A stretch of 63,088 nucleotides of DNA, filler included, from Nemertoderma westbladi (GCA_032718475.1; 4 parts of 4 records of this genome joined end to end with filler, not necessarily neighbours in it); one strand, 5' to 3'. Counted from the first letter of the whole stretch, positions 23,529-36,308 are shown. Numbers and translations: made by a program. The notes: a model not told the origin generated them from the sequence alone.

Positions 23529-25442
23529 ATTCATTTGGAGATAGTCATCGAATGATGTAATCCTCCTACTGAGATCGTATTTCGGAATATTTCTGAATAC
23601 GACATAGGTCTTCCCCTGCTCTCTACCACTACCATCAATGGAGACCTACAGAACGACTTTCGGAATATGGAGAACATTCCATACCCCTTCGTTGATACTC
23701 AGCTGATTGCTCCTTGAGCAGAAGGCCGAGGTTTCTTCCGCACTACGTATGCCAATACACCCAGCGGAATTACCAAAGTACAACGAACCTCCATCGGACA
23801 TCTTGCCTTTCAAGAATACGGATGGAATTTCAAGGTTGGAAATCCTATAAATTACCAACAAGTATACGGAGATCATTATTCTCGTTTATACTTTGATGGA
23901 CCATTGACCGCACCTGGCGCTGTGTATAGCTTTATGAGTGTTCCACTTCGTCCCTCCTTAGCTATATACACGATCTTTGAAAACGCAGCACTTGCCGGTT
24001 GGCTAGCCGATGTGTGCAGTCGTACCATACGCGCCCATCCCTTAATACTCGGAACCAAACTCGCCAAGTTAGATGAACACAATAAATTCATCCGCTTTGA
24101 ATGTTTCAGGCGCTTTCTGACTCCGTTCCGTAACGTTGATAGTCAGTTCAAGGACCGCGCTCTGACCAAACTCAGCCTGAGAGACTCAGCGGCGGAGAAG
24201 CTAAACAGCGCGGGATTTGCCCTTTTTCAGGACGTTTGTATACAGAACTTGCACTCATCTGTTATACAAAGACCCCGAATACCCACGGGTTATTCTGTCG
24301 TCGAAGTTCAGACAGTGGGTCCGCTTGCGGAGACAGCCGCACCTACCTCAGCTATGCAATTGGAAGACGAGCCAATATGCTTAGAAGCTGAAGCGATTCA
24401 GCCTACAGCGCCCCGGAGCAGCGATAACGACTACGTCTTAGAATGGTATCAAGGTCCACAATGTCTCACCGCATACGATTATCGACACGCGAACTATGTT
24501 TCTCGAAAACGTTGTCGATTATGCGCATCGAGAGACCATTTCACTCCTATGGACTCAGACGTACCCTGTTCCTACTTCCACGAACAACCAATGATGGAGA
24601 TATATTGTGCGTATTGCAGACTTAATAACTCTCATATTTTTGCAGTCTGCCCCCAATTTATGACTCAATGCCACCACTGTCAACTTAAAGGACATGCCAG
24701 TTATAATTGCCCCTTTAATCACGATTTAGAGAGCGTAGATGAAATGATTACCCTGCGCTACATCCGAGCTTGGGAAGCTAACGCGGATTTACACTGTGAG
24801 TCCCGTCATCGATACTACCCTGGACGCTCTTACGAGGGAGTTTACGTGTTCCATCCTTATTTATTAGCGTCTGTAGAACAAAAAACACGCGTACCGAGTT
24901 ACGAGCTAATGAAGCGTGTTGGTGAGTGTATTTCCACTAAATTTGTTAGAAGATACCGTAGGAACGTCAATCCTAACGATATTACTTCATACCATTTGAT
25001 CAATTATATCCGTCAAGACCCTGAGTATGGCGACTTATTTATCAACTCGCACCCTGAGTTGCAGGAAGTATCTCGACGGCCCTACGAATATCGAGCCCGA
25101 GAACACGAGCTGGGAAGAACTATTAAACCAAGGAAGTTTCTTACCACCCACGGTCCGCCTACCGCCATTGCCCAGACAACCCGTCAAGGACCCGTAGGAG
25201 CTGCTGTCCTGAGGCGCGCCCTAAAGGCTGTTCGACCTCGCTCCACGGAAGTTGATATCGATCAACCAGGTACCTCGACCGGCGGATATACTGATCGCAA
25301 TCCGAAACCTTCTGATGCAATTGTATTGCACCCTTCACCCCGGAGTTACAGCCCTCCTAGTAAAGTGGCTCGCCCCAAAGAGAAAAGGACTCTTACTAGC
25401 CTCAAAAAACTGCATAAACGCTGTCCGCGTAAGAAAGACTAA
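23529..25442 (+). pseudogene. Copy A of unknown triple-CCHC zinc-knuckle protein; in-frame TGA at 23553 and 23715
   Basis: Colinear with ORF 37733-39508; ATG 23667 (MENIPYPF) and TGA at the W17 codon; the frame continues upstream as IHLEIVIE*CNPPTEIVFRN...GDLQNDFRN. Confidence 0.85.
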
Positions 25443-25520
25443 CTGTTTAGAGTATTTTTATATTTTAGAAACTGTGATTTGTTATATTTTATAGACTTAA
25501 ATCCCATTTTCTGGGAGCGG

Positions 25521-26890
25521 TGTAAAAGCTTTTGCGTCATTAACCGGTTATTTTCCCTTAAAGTACTCTGTAGTTGGTTTGCCAGGCATAAAAAGGCCGT
25601 GTCCTTGCTGTACTGGTGTTTTAGAGGACATAAAAGTCATTTCTTCTGTGTTTGTACTGTATTTGTACTTTAGAGGACATAATCCGCAATCTCGTGACGC
25701 GATAAGCTAGATACTCTTGAAAACAGTGTCGCTACCATGACGACGGCTAACAGCTGATATTGCCACATCGACATTTCTTTGTTTCTTTGTTCTCTCGTTG
25801 TTCGGTTGACCAATCAGAGCGTTTTTTGCCTCTGTGTTGGAGGTGTATACAGAACTCAGTAGTTCAGTGTGTTATGTTTTTGCCTAGAGCCTAAGAACAT
25901 CGGCTTTTGGCACCTCCGTATATCAGCATTCTTTAGCTTTACATTAGTAGGCTTAATTATAGAACGTATATCTGTTATCAAACTAACGAGTTATATATCT
26001 TAACTAATCGAACCATATCATACATATTTTACTTAACATTACTGCTTTTACTGTCGGTTATTCATTATATTGGTTGATGAAATATTATATCGGAATACTG
26101 ATCAATAGTCAGACACCCCGCCTTCTTGATATACTAAAGGTTAGAGAGACCGGTTACAGATAAACGATTGCGACCTATGTTAAGTGGTTTGAAGTAAATC
26201 TAATGCTATTTCATATGCCCAACATAAATTGTCTGTTGCTCTCTTTATACGTGACTAAATTTAGTGAAGGTCGGCAGATTAGTGTGCAGTATTGTGCAGC
26301 ATTGTGTATGATTGTAACTGATAACAAAGCATCTCCTAAAGAATGCGCCATATACGTTAATCTATAGCCTTTTCGTTGTGTCTAGTTTAAGTCATAACTC
26401 TGTTTACATATTTAGAGCGCCACGTCCTAAAGGAACTGTTAATATTTCCCGAAAGTGAATAATATTTGTCAGAGATTATATATTACGATCAGTCGAATAA
26501 TACAGTAGGCTTGCACCATCAATCATTAAGCTCCGAACTCAGTCTCCCGGGTATATCCAACGGGTGAATGATTGCGCATAGACTGGCTTCGGCTAATGTA
26601 GTGTATCAAATACTCGTCATAAAGCTAAAGAATATATATCATCTAAAAGACATTCTAATTTTGGCAGGTTAAACTGTCAAAGGTCTTCAAAAGCGCAAAC
26701 AATTTCCTATCGGAGTAGCAGGCTATACTAACTACTCCGTCATCAACATCACCTTCATCCAATGTTCTGAGTGTATGCAATCTTGGAAATTGTTGAAAGA
26801 AAAATCTATTGAAATAGAAAATTGAAATTGAAAGCAATCGAAAGAGGAGCCTTCGGGTCGCCTCCGACTTCGGCCGACTGTTTGTTTACT
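25521..26890 (+). mobile_element. Putative LTR (copy A, ~1370 bp)
   Basis: Preceded by PPT-like ctgggagcgg; starts TGTAAA; ends TTTAC(t). 5' third diverges from copy B while ~26030-26700 is similar to copy B. Confidence 0.6.
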
Positions 26891-26995
26891 GTAGGTCTAC
26901 CGGTACATTCTGCTGATGAGAAAATAAGTAGGATCAGTTTGTACATCTAATCTTTTGTTATACAATTCCATTATTTAATTTGTCATTTGTGTTCA

Positions 26996-27088
26996 AGCAC
27001 ACACATTGCCAAACAATTATGACGTCACCCGCACGCGGGTTCTAGCACACATTGCCAAACTATTATGACGTCACACGCACGCGGGTTC
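26996..27088 (+). promoter_or_regulatory. 46-bp tandem duplication carrying two perfect CRE palindromes upstream of the cadherin ATG
   Basis: TGACGTCA at 27020-27027 and 27066-27073, ~300-350 bp before ATG 27372. Confidence 0.45.
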
Positions 27089-27371
27089 ACGTAATAGGTA
27101 AATGAGTTCCAATGCCAACTGGAACCAATGTATTTTAATACATACAAGTATAATAAATTGTTACATATAGCCAAATTAATAAATATTTCACTGTATTCCG
27201 TTTAAAATCTCAGATACCATTGTATTAATTAATAAAGTAATTATTACTTATCGTATTACAGTTATATTTAGTGACAATTTATAAATTTAGTGACAGATTA
27301 ACAATAATATCTAATGGTAAATTAAATATAATAATCAGTGTAACTGATATTTAGTTTCAGTTTTATTACTT

Positions 27372-30300
27372 ATGGCTGGTAGACTTTCGGTTATCCTTTT
27401 ATTTCTACTGATAGCAACAGGTATGTAATTACTACAACTGTAAATACTTTAAACGTTTTACAGTATTAATATTAATATTAATATATAGTTAATTTCAAGT
27501 TTTCATTTATTAATATTAAAATATATGAATAAATACATTCATTATTTCTAAATTGTCAGACATCGAACATACAGTTTACATTGAGTTCCAACACTGCATT
27601 AGGCCAAATAATTCCGCAATAGGCACCCCACCACCACCGCACCACCGGTGGTGTATGTACTGATAAACAGCTTGCGGTAACAAAAACCTTTTAAGAACAT
27701 ATTTTTTTAACTGTGTAGGTAGGGAAGGATCGATAACAAAGAAGCAAATCCCATCTCGACGAATTAATTTCCCGCCTCAATGTTAAATTATCAATTTATG
27801 GAAAGGAGCAGGTTACAGTGGCACGTTATTTTAACCAAAACAATAAACTAATCACAATAGAACAGGTTACAGTTTTATTTTTGAGAGTAATCATCTGTTA
27901 TTTGCGTCGAATTACCCCTGGAGAGAGATGGATTTTTATTGCGTCCAGTTTCCTCCTCTATCTGCAATATGTCAGTGCCAATAATCTACAGCTCCTCTTG
28001 TTCATGTTGCTGTAGAATATAATATGATTGTATACAGATGTTATACCAATGTAAAATTTGTTTTACGTTACAGGCGCTAAATGTGCTATCTTATTTGATT
28101 ACGTGACACTCCCAAACGACGGAGATGGGAACTTCCCCAGACAATCTTACTACAAGGAGACCGGTGCGGGAACTATCGTCTACTTTATAGCGACATCCTA
28201 CGCTAGTCCGGCTACTGGAGTAGACTGCGCTATTGAGTCTGTTAAAGATTCTACCAGTTAGTGGATACAACGTGTTATAATTTAATCGTTAAAAAACAAA
28301 CTTTCATTGTAGACAACGTATTTGTAAGTTCTGTGCAGAAAGTAGGCCTACCTACAGTATTCCTACAATATTATGATAAGTTGACAACAGTTGATAATAT
28401 TATTAAGGTCGATTTGTTTTATCCTAGCTTATATTACATTACAGTGGTTTGTCAGTAGATAGTACAGTTAAGTAGGCCTACATTATTTTTATTTTGTAAC
28501 TCTTCATTATCATCACATCTACTGTATGTCTCATTATGGATTCTGTTGAGACATTGTCAGTGGGTTTTACACTTTGTACTATACAATTTAAAGACTATAA
28601 AAACTACTATAAAAACTATTATCTATTCGTATAGCTGCCGATGTATCCGCGAAATTTTCACTGACTGCTGTTGGCGGGACCAATACAATAGGTGACTACG
28701 AACTTAAAACCGTAGCGATCTTCGACTACGATGTTGCCGGCACTCCGTTAAGAAATCCATACGATATAATTATTGCGTTAGTTATTAATGAATCACTTTT
28801 ACTAGCGCAGTGTTGTGTCGCGAACGACAAACAGTATAATAAATAACTTATATGATATTTAAAGAAGTCGTTGTTAAAATATTCGAGAAACATTTGTTAT
28901 CCACGAAACTTAGTGATTCTTAATTTCTTTCGATTTGAAGTCTCCATGTTGCTTAAAAGTTTCTTAATATTTTTTTTAATGGGCCCAGTAAGGGGTGGAG
29001 TGCTTAGGGAGGCGGGCTCATGAAAGACACAATAGTAATACTAGTCTTACTAAATATAATATTAATATTTCCTTCCTTTCAATAATATTTCAATAATATA
29101 TTTAATATTATTTATACATCATGTAAAAACAATGAAAAATACACCAAACAATGTTGTTAGGGATTGTCCAACATTAGCATACCTTTGTACTGTAGCTTAT
29201 TTCCAAGGGGGTCCTTTATGTTACTTGGTTACATATACAATATTACACAAAGACTGTACACTACTACAGTATAGTTAGCTAACCTAAAACTAATAAAATA
29301 AAATTCGCCCCGTGTTAAGAATAACGGGTTTTCACTTTTCGGTCAACATCGACTTTTTATTGTAATTTTATTATATGAGAGACTTTGTATTTTTAGCACT
29401 TATTTCTTCTTACAGTATGTCCTGTACAGATTCTAATTTGTTTATTGGTTTGCGGTTAGATTCTGCAGTCTGTAACTTGGGTTTTTAGTGAAAACCTGGT
29501 ATGCTTCACATGGGAGTAAACTGCAAAGTGAAATATAGTATAAAATTGCTGAAAGTCTGGTTTCCATATTGGCCACATAATGCAAAAGCCAAGCATTTCA
29601 ATACGAGTGGAACATCGTAGTGCCAATTAATTATGTGTTAAATCATGTTTTGCTTTATTAGTTTTTAAACTTTGGCCAATACGAGGGCCCAATTTCTTAT
29701 AAAATAAAATGCGTTAATCCTCTTTTATAATATGGATGAAACCGATAAACTTATATGTTATAGTACATTATGATAATGCTCTTCAAAATAACAACAATAA
29801 AATAAAAACAACAATAAAAACGAAAAATAACAACCGCCCTTATTTGGGCTCGAACCCCGTACCTAGGTTTCAAACTTCCGGTTATCATCAGCCGGGTGTG
29901 TGTCCTAGACAACTGAGCTACCAGGACGGATGGAGATTTATTCGCTATGGAGTGGGCTATCATATGTTTGCCTTTTACAGTCAAAGGAAAGTAAAACGTA
30001 CAAACCGATAAACTATATGGTGTTATCATTCTATGTTAAGATGCAATGACAACCAGGCGAGTGTGGCTAACAAATGCGTAAAAAACGGGGGAACCGGTGC
30101 GGAACCGGACTGCCGGAAAGGCTATCTGGAACTCAACTTCTACAACATTAACGACGAGACACCGGTACTGGCCCCAGGGACCGCAGTCACCTGCACCATC
30201 GACGAAGGTCTCCCAATCCGCACCGACATCACGGCTAAGTGTACGCCCGTAACGACGGCAACGGACCCAGACGATAATAATGATCCGAATTTCAGCGATC

Positions 30301-33300
30301 TGCGATACGGATTCCAGTGTTAGTGGTTTCATCTATGTATGGTTTGTAAGGTACTGCTGCGTAATAATCGAGATCAAATCATTTGGATGACAATTTATCT
30401 GAATTCCGATTTCTTTCAAATTTAGTGTCCCACACATCTTATACTCTAGTTCTCATATTATAGTATCAACCTTTTGAATTTACCGCCAAATATGCCATTA
30501 TGGTGATGGCGATTTTGTGCATAGAGTAGTTTCATAATATCTATTACTTTTATTCCGACCCATTTTCTTTCTATACGTGTACTACAGTGTGCTACTGTTT
30601 GTACTGTATGTACTATATCTTTACTATATTTGATTTTTATTGATTCTATTAGATGCCCCTGGTGATGTTTCCTATTACGCCATCCCGCAAACAGATGTCC
30701 TAAATATATTTACCTTAAAAACAATGGACTATGAGATTACTGGAGAACGGAGTATTAATTACGCTGTTAGTAAAACAGTAGTTAGGGGATGTAAAAAAAA
30801 AAAAAAAAAAAAAAAAGTTAGGGGGATGTAGGGGAGGGGGGGATTGATGTTATTTCATACAGTCTTTACTTAATAAGACTAACAAGCACACACGTCTTAG
30901 ACTCACAAACTGTTGTAAATCAAATACTGTCTACTGTACTCAATTCTCTTCAATTCTACTAAATAATTATTGATATTAATATTGGTCTCGAAAAAAATTT
31001 TCCCTATTTTATTTTGATCAGAAGAGTTAGTGTCATAATTATAATTATTTTCAGTTTGTTGTTAGTGACGGAGTGAATTCTGACACATTGACCATGACCT
31101 TTGACCTACAAGATGTCAATGAGTTCAGACCATATTGTGAACCGATGATTCAGGTCGCAGCTGTAAACGAAAACGTGGCCACAGGTGAGCAACATAGAGG
31201 AACTAACAGGCTAAGTATATAATTTAATGTATCTTTAGTAAAATTTCACGCCAATAACATGACATAACTCGTGTTGTTTTACTCAGATTGAGGGGTAAGT
31301 TGATTGAGGGCGGTACTGTTCAGATTGTTGCTAATGGTTACTTATGGTTTACAGAGCACGACAATTTTACCGAAGATGTCACATTGTTAGTCTGGAAATT
31401 AGTGGCAATTTCTAATGACTAGACTACAGTATACCAAATTATGATAAATTACACAGGGATGTTTTATTGTTTATGTTTTTAGTCGCCAATCTTGGAACTG
31501 TAACGTGCAAAGATATTGATGCCACCAATACCATAACCTATACGTGCTCAAACTGCCCGGCTCAGATTTCAATAGACCCCAGTACGGGAGTACTCAGCGT
31601 CGGTAGTGCGTTTAATTACGAGGCAGATCCGACCACGTATCTGCTAAACATTGTCGCTAAAGACCCCGCAGATGGTGCTGGTACACAAAAATCTACTAGC
31701 GCTATGGTCCGTGTCAATGTAAGTCAGTGATATGGCAGCATATTGGCATTATTAACGAGTCGTTAGTCAGAAGTCGTCAACACAATACTAGTCTCCTTCA
31801 TTTGCCTCTTTGCGTTCGTTCGTTTTTTACCCTTCAGATTCTTTCTAAACTTTTGACGGACTACAATAAGTACCAAGTTTCGTTTAATTTCATCAAGGAA
31901 TAACCGAGTTATTAGCGATCAAAAATTTACGACGACAGACGATGACGACAGACAACTCGTTAATGGCACCCATATGCTAAGCCTTCGCTCACTCGGTGGC
32001 TCGCCCCACATGTCCTACTGCTGTTATTATCAATACACCTGCGAATTCGCAACATTTGCGGTTCTGGAGCCCATAAATTGCAATTTTAAAATTCGTAATC
32101 GAGGATGTTTCTGAAACTAATAACGAAAATTAATAATTAATTATCAGATAAATCCGATGAATGAGGATACAGGTCGGACACTGAAAGTCGCCGACGTTTC
32201 GGTACCGGAAGATCAGACAGTCGGAACGACGATTCTAGACTCGGGAATAACTCTAACTAATACTGATAAAGGAGTCCATGGCACAGTCGCTGCATACAGT
32301 ATCAGTTCTATAGTCCCTAAGGAATGTTAGTTATTAATTAACTAACTAATCCATTTTAATATAGTATAACATTAAAACATATAGCATTCTTTATTATCAC
32401 CATTTAGCTTATGACATGTCCACTTATGAATATGTCCAATATTAAACCGAAAGATAATTGTTATGTTATTTTTAAATTGTTTCTGTTGAAAAGTAACCCT
32501 GAAAATAATGGCTTTACTGTGTTTTAAAATAACCAATAAGTGAAAATGAAACTGACCATAACTTGAATGTAATTCGTGATCAAGAAAAGGAATTACATAG
32601 TGTACTGATAATATTCTTACAAACACACTTAATATTTTCAGCTAACATAGAAATAGACCCCTCCAATGGCAACCTCTACCTGGTTGGTCCTCTTGACTTT
32701 GAGACTACAGCCTTGTATACTGTAAAGATAACCGCTACAATGGTTGACACTGCTGTAACAGTGGAAAGTGATGCATTCACGGTAAATTACATTATACACT
32801 GTTTTTATTTTACATCTAGGCCTACCTACATAGATAAATTGATCATCTTCACCTGCATCAATGTATTATGTAGATTAAACAAACTCGAAATCGCTCAACG
32901 CCCCGTACCTAGATATACCAAGTCCGACGCTCTATCAACTTCGCCACTGCGCCGTACGATGCCGTATTTCGGCTCGCTACGCGGATCTAATATAAAGTTT
33001 ATGGTTAATAGTTCTATAGAGCAACCGGAGGCTACAATAAAGGATGTAGCTACTGTAGCAGCATTCATACAGTGCTAGAGCACTGTCATCAGAGTGGTTG
33101 CTAATTGTGTGAAAGTGATTTCGGTTATAAGAAATCTCGTGTTACAAGAGGGGGTCCAAACCCGGGTGAGTACAAAACCAAGACTGAAGACCTGTACAAA
33201 ACACATGTGTTAACTTTCGTGTATTGTTTTGGTTCCCCCTACACACCTCTGGAATCTGCTCCTTTACTAACCTGATCCTTTAAATTGCAATGGGACCTAA

Positions 33301-36110
33301 CGCTTTGGGACCTAACGCTCTTTGGGACGTAACGCTTTGGGACCTAACGCTCTTTGGGACCTAACGCTTTGGGACCTAACGCTCTTTGGGATGTAACGCT
33401 TTGGGACCTAACGCTCTTTGGGACCTAACGCTTTGGGACCTAACGTTCTTTGGGACCCAACGCTCTTTGGGACCTAACGCTTTGGGACCTAACGCTTTGG
33501 GACCTAACGCTTTGGGACCTAACGTTCTTTGGGACCTAACGCTTTGGGACCTAACGTTCTGTGGGACCTAACGCTCTTTGGGACCTAACGCTTTGGGACC
33601 TAACGCTCTGGGACCTAACGCTTTGGGACCTAACGCTTTGGGACCTAACGTTCTTTGGGACCTAACGCTTTGGGACCTAACGTTCTGTGGGACCTAACGC
33701 TCTTTGGGACCTAACGCTTTGGGACCTAACGCTCTTTGGGATGTAACGCTTTGGGACCTAACGCTCTTTGGGACCTAACGCTTTGGGACCTAACGTTCTT
33801 TGGGACCCAACGCTCTTTGGGACCTAACGCTTTGGGACCTAACGCTTTGGGACCTAACGCTCTGGGACCTAACGCTCTTTGGGACCTAACGCTTTGGGAC
33901 CTAACGTTCTGTGGGACCTAACGCTCTTTGGGACCTAACGCTTTGGGACCTAACGTTCTGTGGGACCTAACGCTCTTTGGGACCTAACGCTTTGGGACCT
34001 AACGCTTTGGGACCTAACGCTCTTTGGGATGTAACGCTTTGGGACCTAACGCTCTTTGGGACCTAACGCTTTGGGACCTAACGTTCTTTGGGACCCAACG
34101 CTCTTTGGGACCTAACGCTTTGGGACCTAACGCTTTGGGACCTAACGCTCTGGGACCTAACGCTCTTTGGGACCTAACGCTTTGGGACCTAACGTTCTTT
34201 AGGACCCAACGCTCTTTGGGACCTAACGCTTTGGGACCTAACGCTCTTTGGGACCTAACGCTTTGGGACCTAACGTTCTTTAGGACCCAACGCTCTTTGG
34301 GACCTAACGCTTTGGGACCTAACGCTCTTTGGGACCTAACGTTCTTTAAGACCTAACGTTCTTTGGGACCTAACGTTCTTTAAGACCTAACGCTTTGGGA
34401 CCTAACGTTCTTTGGGACCCAACGCTCTTTGGGACCTAACGCTTTGGGACCTAACGCTTTGGGACCTAACGCTCTGGGACCTAACGCTCTTTGGGACCTA
34501 ACGCTTTGGGACCTAACGTTCTTTAGGACCCAACGCTCTTTGGGACCTAACGCGACTTTGCTTCTTTGTTTTGTACAGGTTTTGAGTCCTTGTTTGTACT
34601 CACCCTTCCAAACCCTAATTATACTGTCATTATCCTAAACCGAAGTTATAATCTAAGATATTCACTAAATTTTTATTTGATTAAGAGTTTTGTTTAGGGT
34701 TACCAACTAACCAAACCCCAAAACTAACCCCCACCCCCCCCCCCCCCCCCTAACTTACTAATTTTCACCCTTATTTCTATTTTCCGTCCAGATTTAAAAT
34801 AAATTATGTATGTCTTGTAATAATAGTAGTCCTTATGTTAAACCTGAATTATTAAATTGATATTAACAGATAACAGTTACGGATGTGGGTGATGAGATTA
34901 TTGAGACTGTTGATGTAACTAACATAGTTACCGTCATTGAGGGAGGAGGTAAGACAGCTGCTACGTGTTTCGGTGTAAATCCCGCAACAGCAACTGGAGC
35001 AAACGTGAGTGATTTGGGATTTTTTTTATATGCAGTAGGGCCTATCTATTGTGCAGTAAATATATTATTGCCTTCATCTGAAACTGAAGGCAATAATGAC
35101 AAGATTAAATCAAAATATGAAATATGAATAAAATATGACATCAAAATAAAAACAAAATGAAATCTGCAATACATTTATGTAGTTGTATATAAAGGTATTG
35201 AGTGATATTGGTGATACCCCCAGGTGCTAATAGAGTTAATGCTACCATTGGGTTAATATTATTCACCAACTCAGGTTGCTAAGCTACAAGTTAACACAGA
35301 TCTCGACACAAGCGGCACCCATGACTGGAAGATATCATCGGACCCCAGCGGTTACTTCAAGCTCTCGTGCAATGCACTCAACTGCCCCGCTGTCGCCCAG
35401 GCAGCTGGAATATTTATACAGACTCAGGACACCATCGACCTTGAGAAGAGTTAGTCTACAATCAAATTTTATAATCGAAAGTTTATCTCAAATTTATAGG
35501 AATATTATTTGTAATTAAATAAACTGTATATATTAAAAACATCAACATGGGCACAGATGTTAATGTTTTTTTTCCCGATTTTAACATGCAATCAGGAATT
35601 TAAATTGAAATCAATCCATTTGTCTTAACTGATGTGGAATCGTTGAGATCAATGTTTTGCATCGGTATGGTGGGGTTAAGCTACACCATCTAATATCCGA
35701 AACCAAGTTCCCTCAGCAGGAAATCAAGTCCCTGCTTGAGCTAGGTGAGAATTTGTGCCTCACAGATCATAAATCATCAATCGTTTAATTTCACTCTCAG
35801 AGACTGACTCAGACTACTATCGAATTTACGACGAATCACTTTCGTGATCACACAAACACAGTCTATCACTTAATTGATTGTGAGTGAGTTCAACCTAGTG
35901 TTAAATCTTTATAATTTTCTTCATCATTGGTTTTCTTTTATAAATAATAATGTTTGTTTACAATTTAATTTATTGTAGAACCAACCGATGGTGCCTATAG
36001 AGTTATAGTTGAAGTAACTGGCACGCCTGGCGGCACCAGACACGGTACAATGATGACAAACACAGTAACTGTGGCCATACCGGTAACGGCAACCAATGAA
36101 TGGGAACCAA
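27372..36110 (+). CDS. Cadherin-repeat protein, 5' part. Exons 27372-27420, 28074-28256, 28635-28776, 30041-30318, 30653-30765, 31055-31184, 31483-31718, 32148-32325, 32642-32781, 34870-35004, 35275-35449, 35979-36110; about 5 EC repeats; 3' exons not found
   Basis: All introns GT-AG with matching phases. Signal peptide MAGRLSVILLFLLIATGAKCA; cadherin motifs FDYD, NINDETP, TATDPD, MDYE, QDVNEFRP, VNEN, CKDID, IDPSTG, FNYE, VPED, LDFE, IDLE, TNEWEP. Confidence 0.9.
29834..29929 (-). mobile_element. tRNA-derived Pol III element (SINE head-like) in cadherin intron 3, with an internal hammerhead-like motif
   Basis: 7-bp closing stem CCGTCCT/AGGGCGG, box A-like TAGCTCAGTTG, box B GGTTCGAGCCC, T-rich run downstream; too irregular for a functional tRNA. 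Confidence 0.65.
33164..34605. mobile_element. MULE-like MITE containing a minisatellite (cadherin intron 9)
   Basis: ~40-bp imperfect TIRs gggtgagtacaaa...cctgtacaaaaca / tgttttgtacagg...tttgtactcaccc; flanking duplication (g/t)tccaaaccc. Confidence 0.8.
33291..34553. repeat. 16/18-bp tandem array tgggacctaacgct(ct)t with higher-order periodicity
   Basis: Directly visible; the variant gggatgtaacg recurs at ~33388, 33738 and 34026. Confidence 0.97.
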
Positions 36111-36308
36111 GTATGTTAATCCTAAATGTTGTTACTGTATCTCTATTCTATACTACTATACTGTAAATTATGAATATTTGATTATTTATCAACGTATTTA
36201 TATACAATAAAGGTTTTTTATGGTCTGCTTACTCTATGCTGGAGAGATGACATCTGATAACTAATACTATAATAGCCAACAACCAATATTATGAAGAACA
36301 ATTAAATA

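Noticed and set aside
23553-23717. Selenocysteine or readthrough at the two in-frame TGA codons of copy A
   Set aside because: One aligns to TGG (Trp) and one to TGT (Cys) in copy B, each a single substitution; no SECIS recognised; simple nonsense decay is more likely.
26912-26930. ctgatgag as a hammerhead core
   Set aside because: No stem II, stem III or flanking stem I could be formed.
29834-29929. Functional tRNA gene
   Set aside because: D-arm, anticodon loop and T-stem are irregular and the spacing is too long.
33291-34553. CRISPR, telomeric repeat or repeat-protein ORFs (GPNAL..)
   Set aside because: No spacers; lies inside a MITE in an intron; the ORFs are by-products of the repeat.
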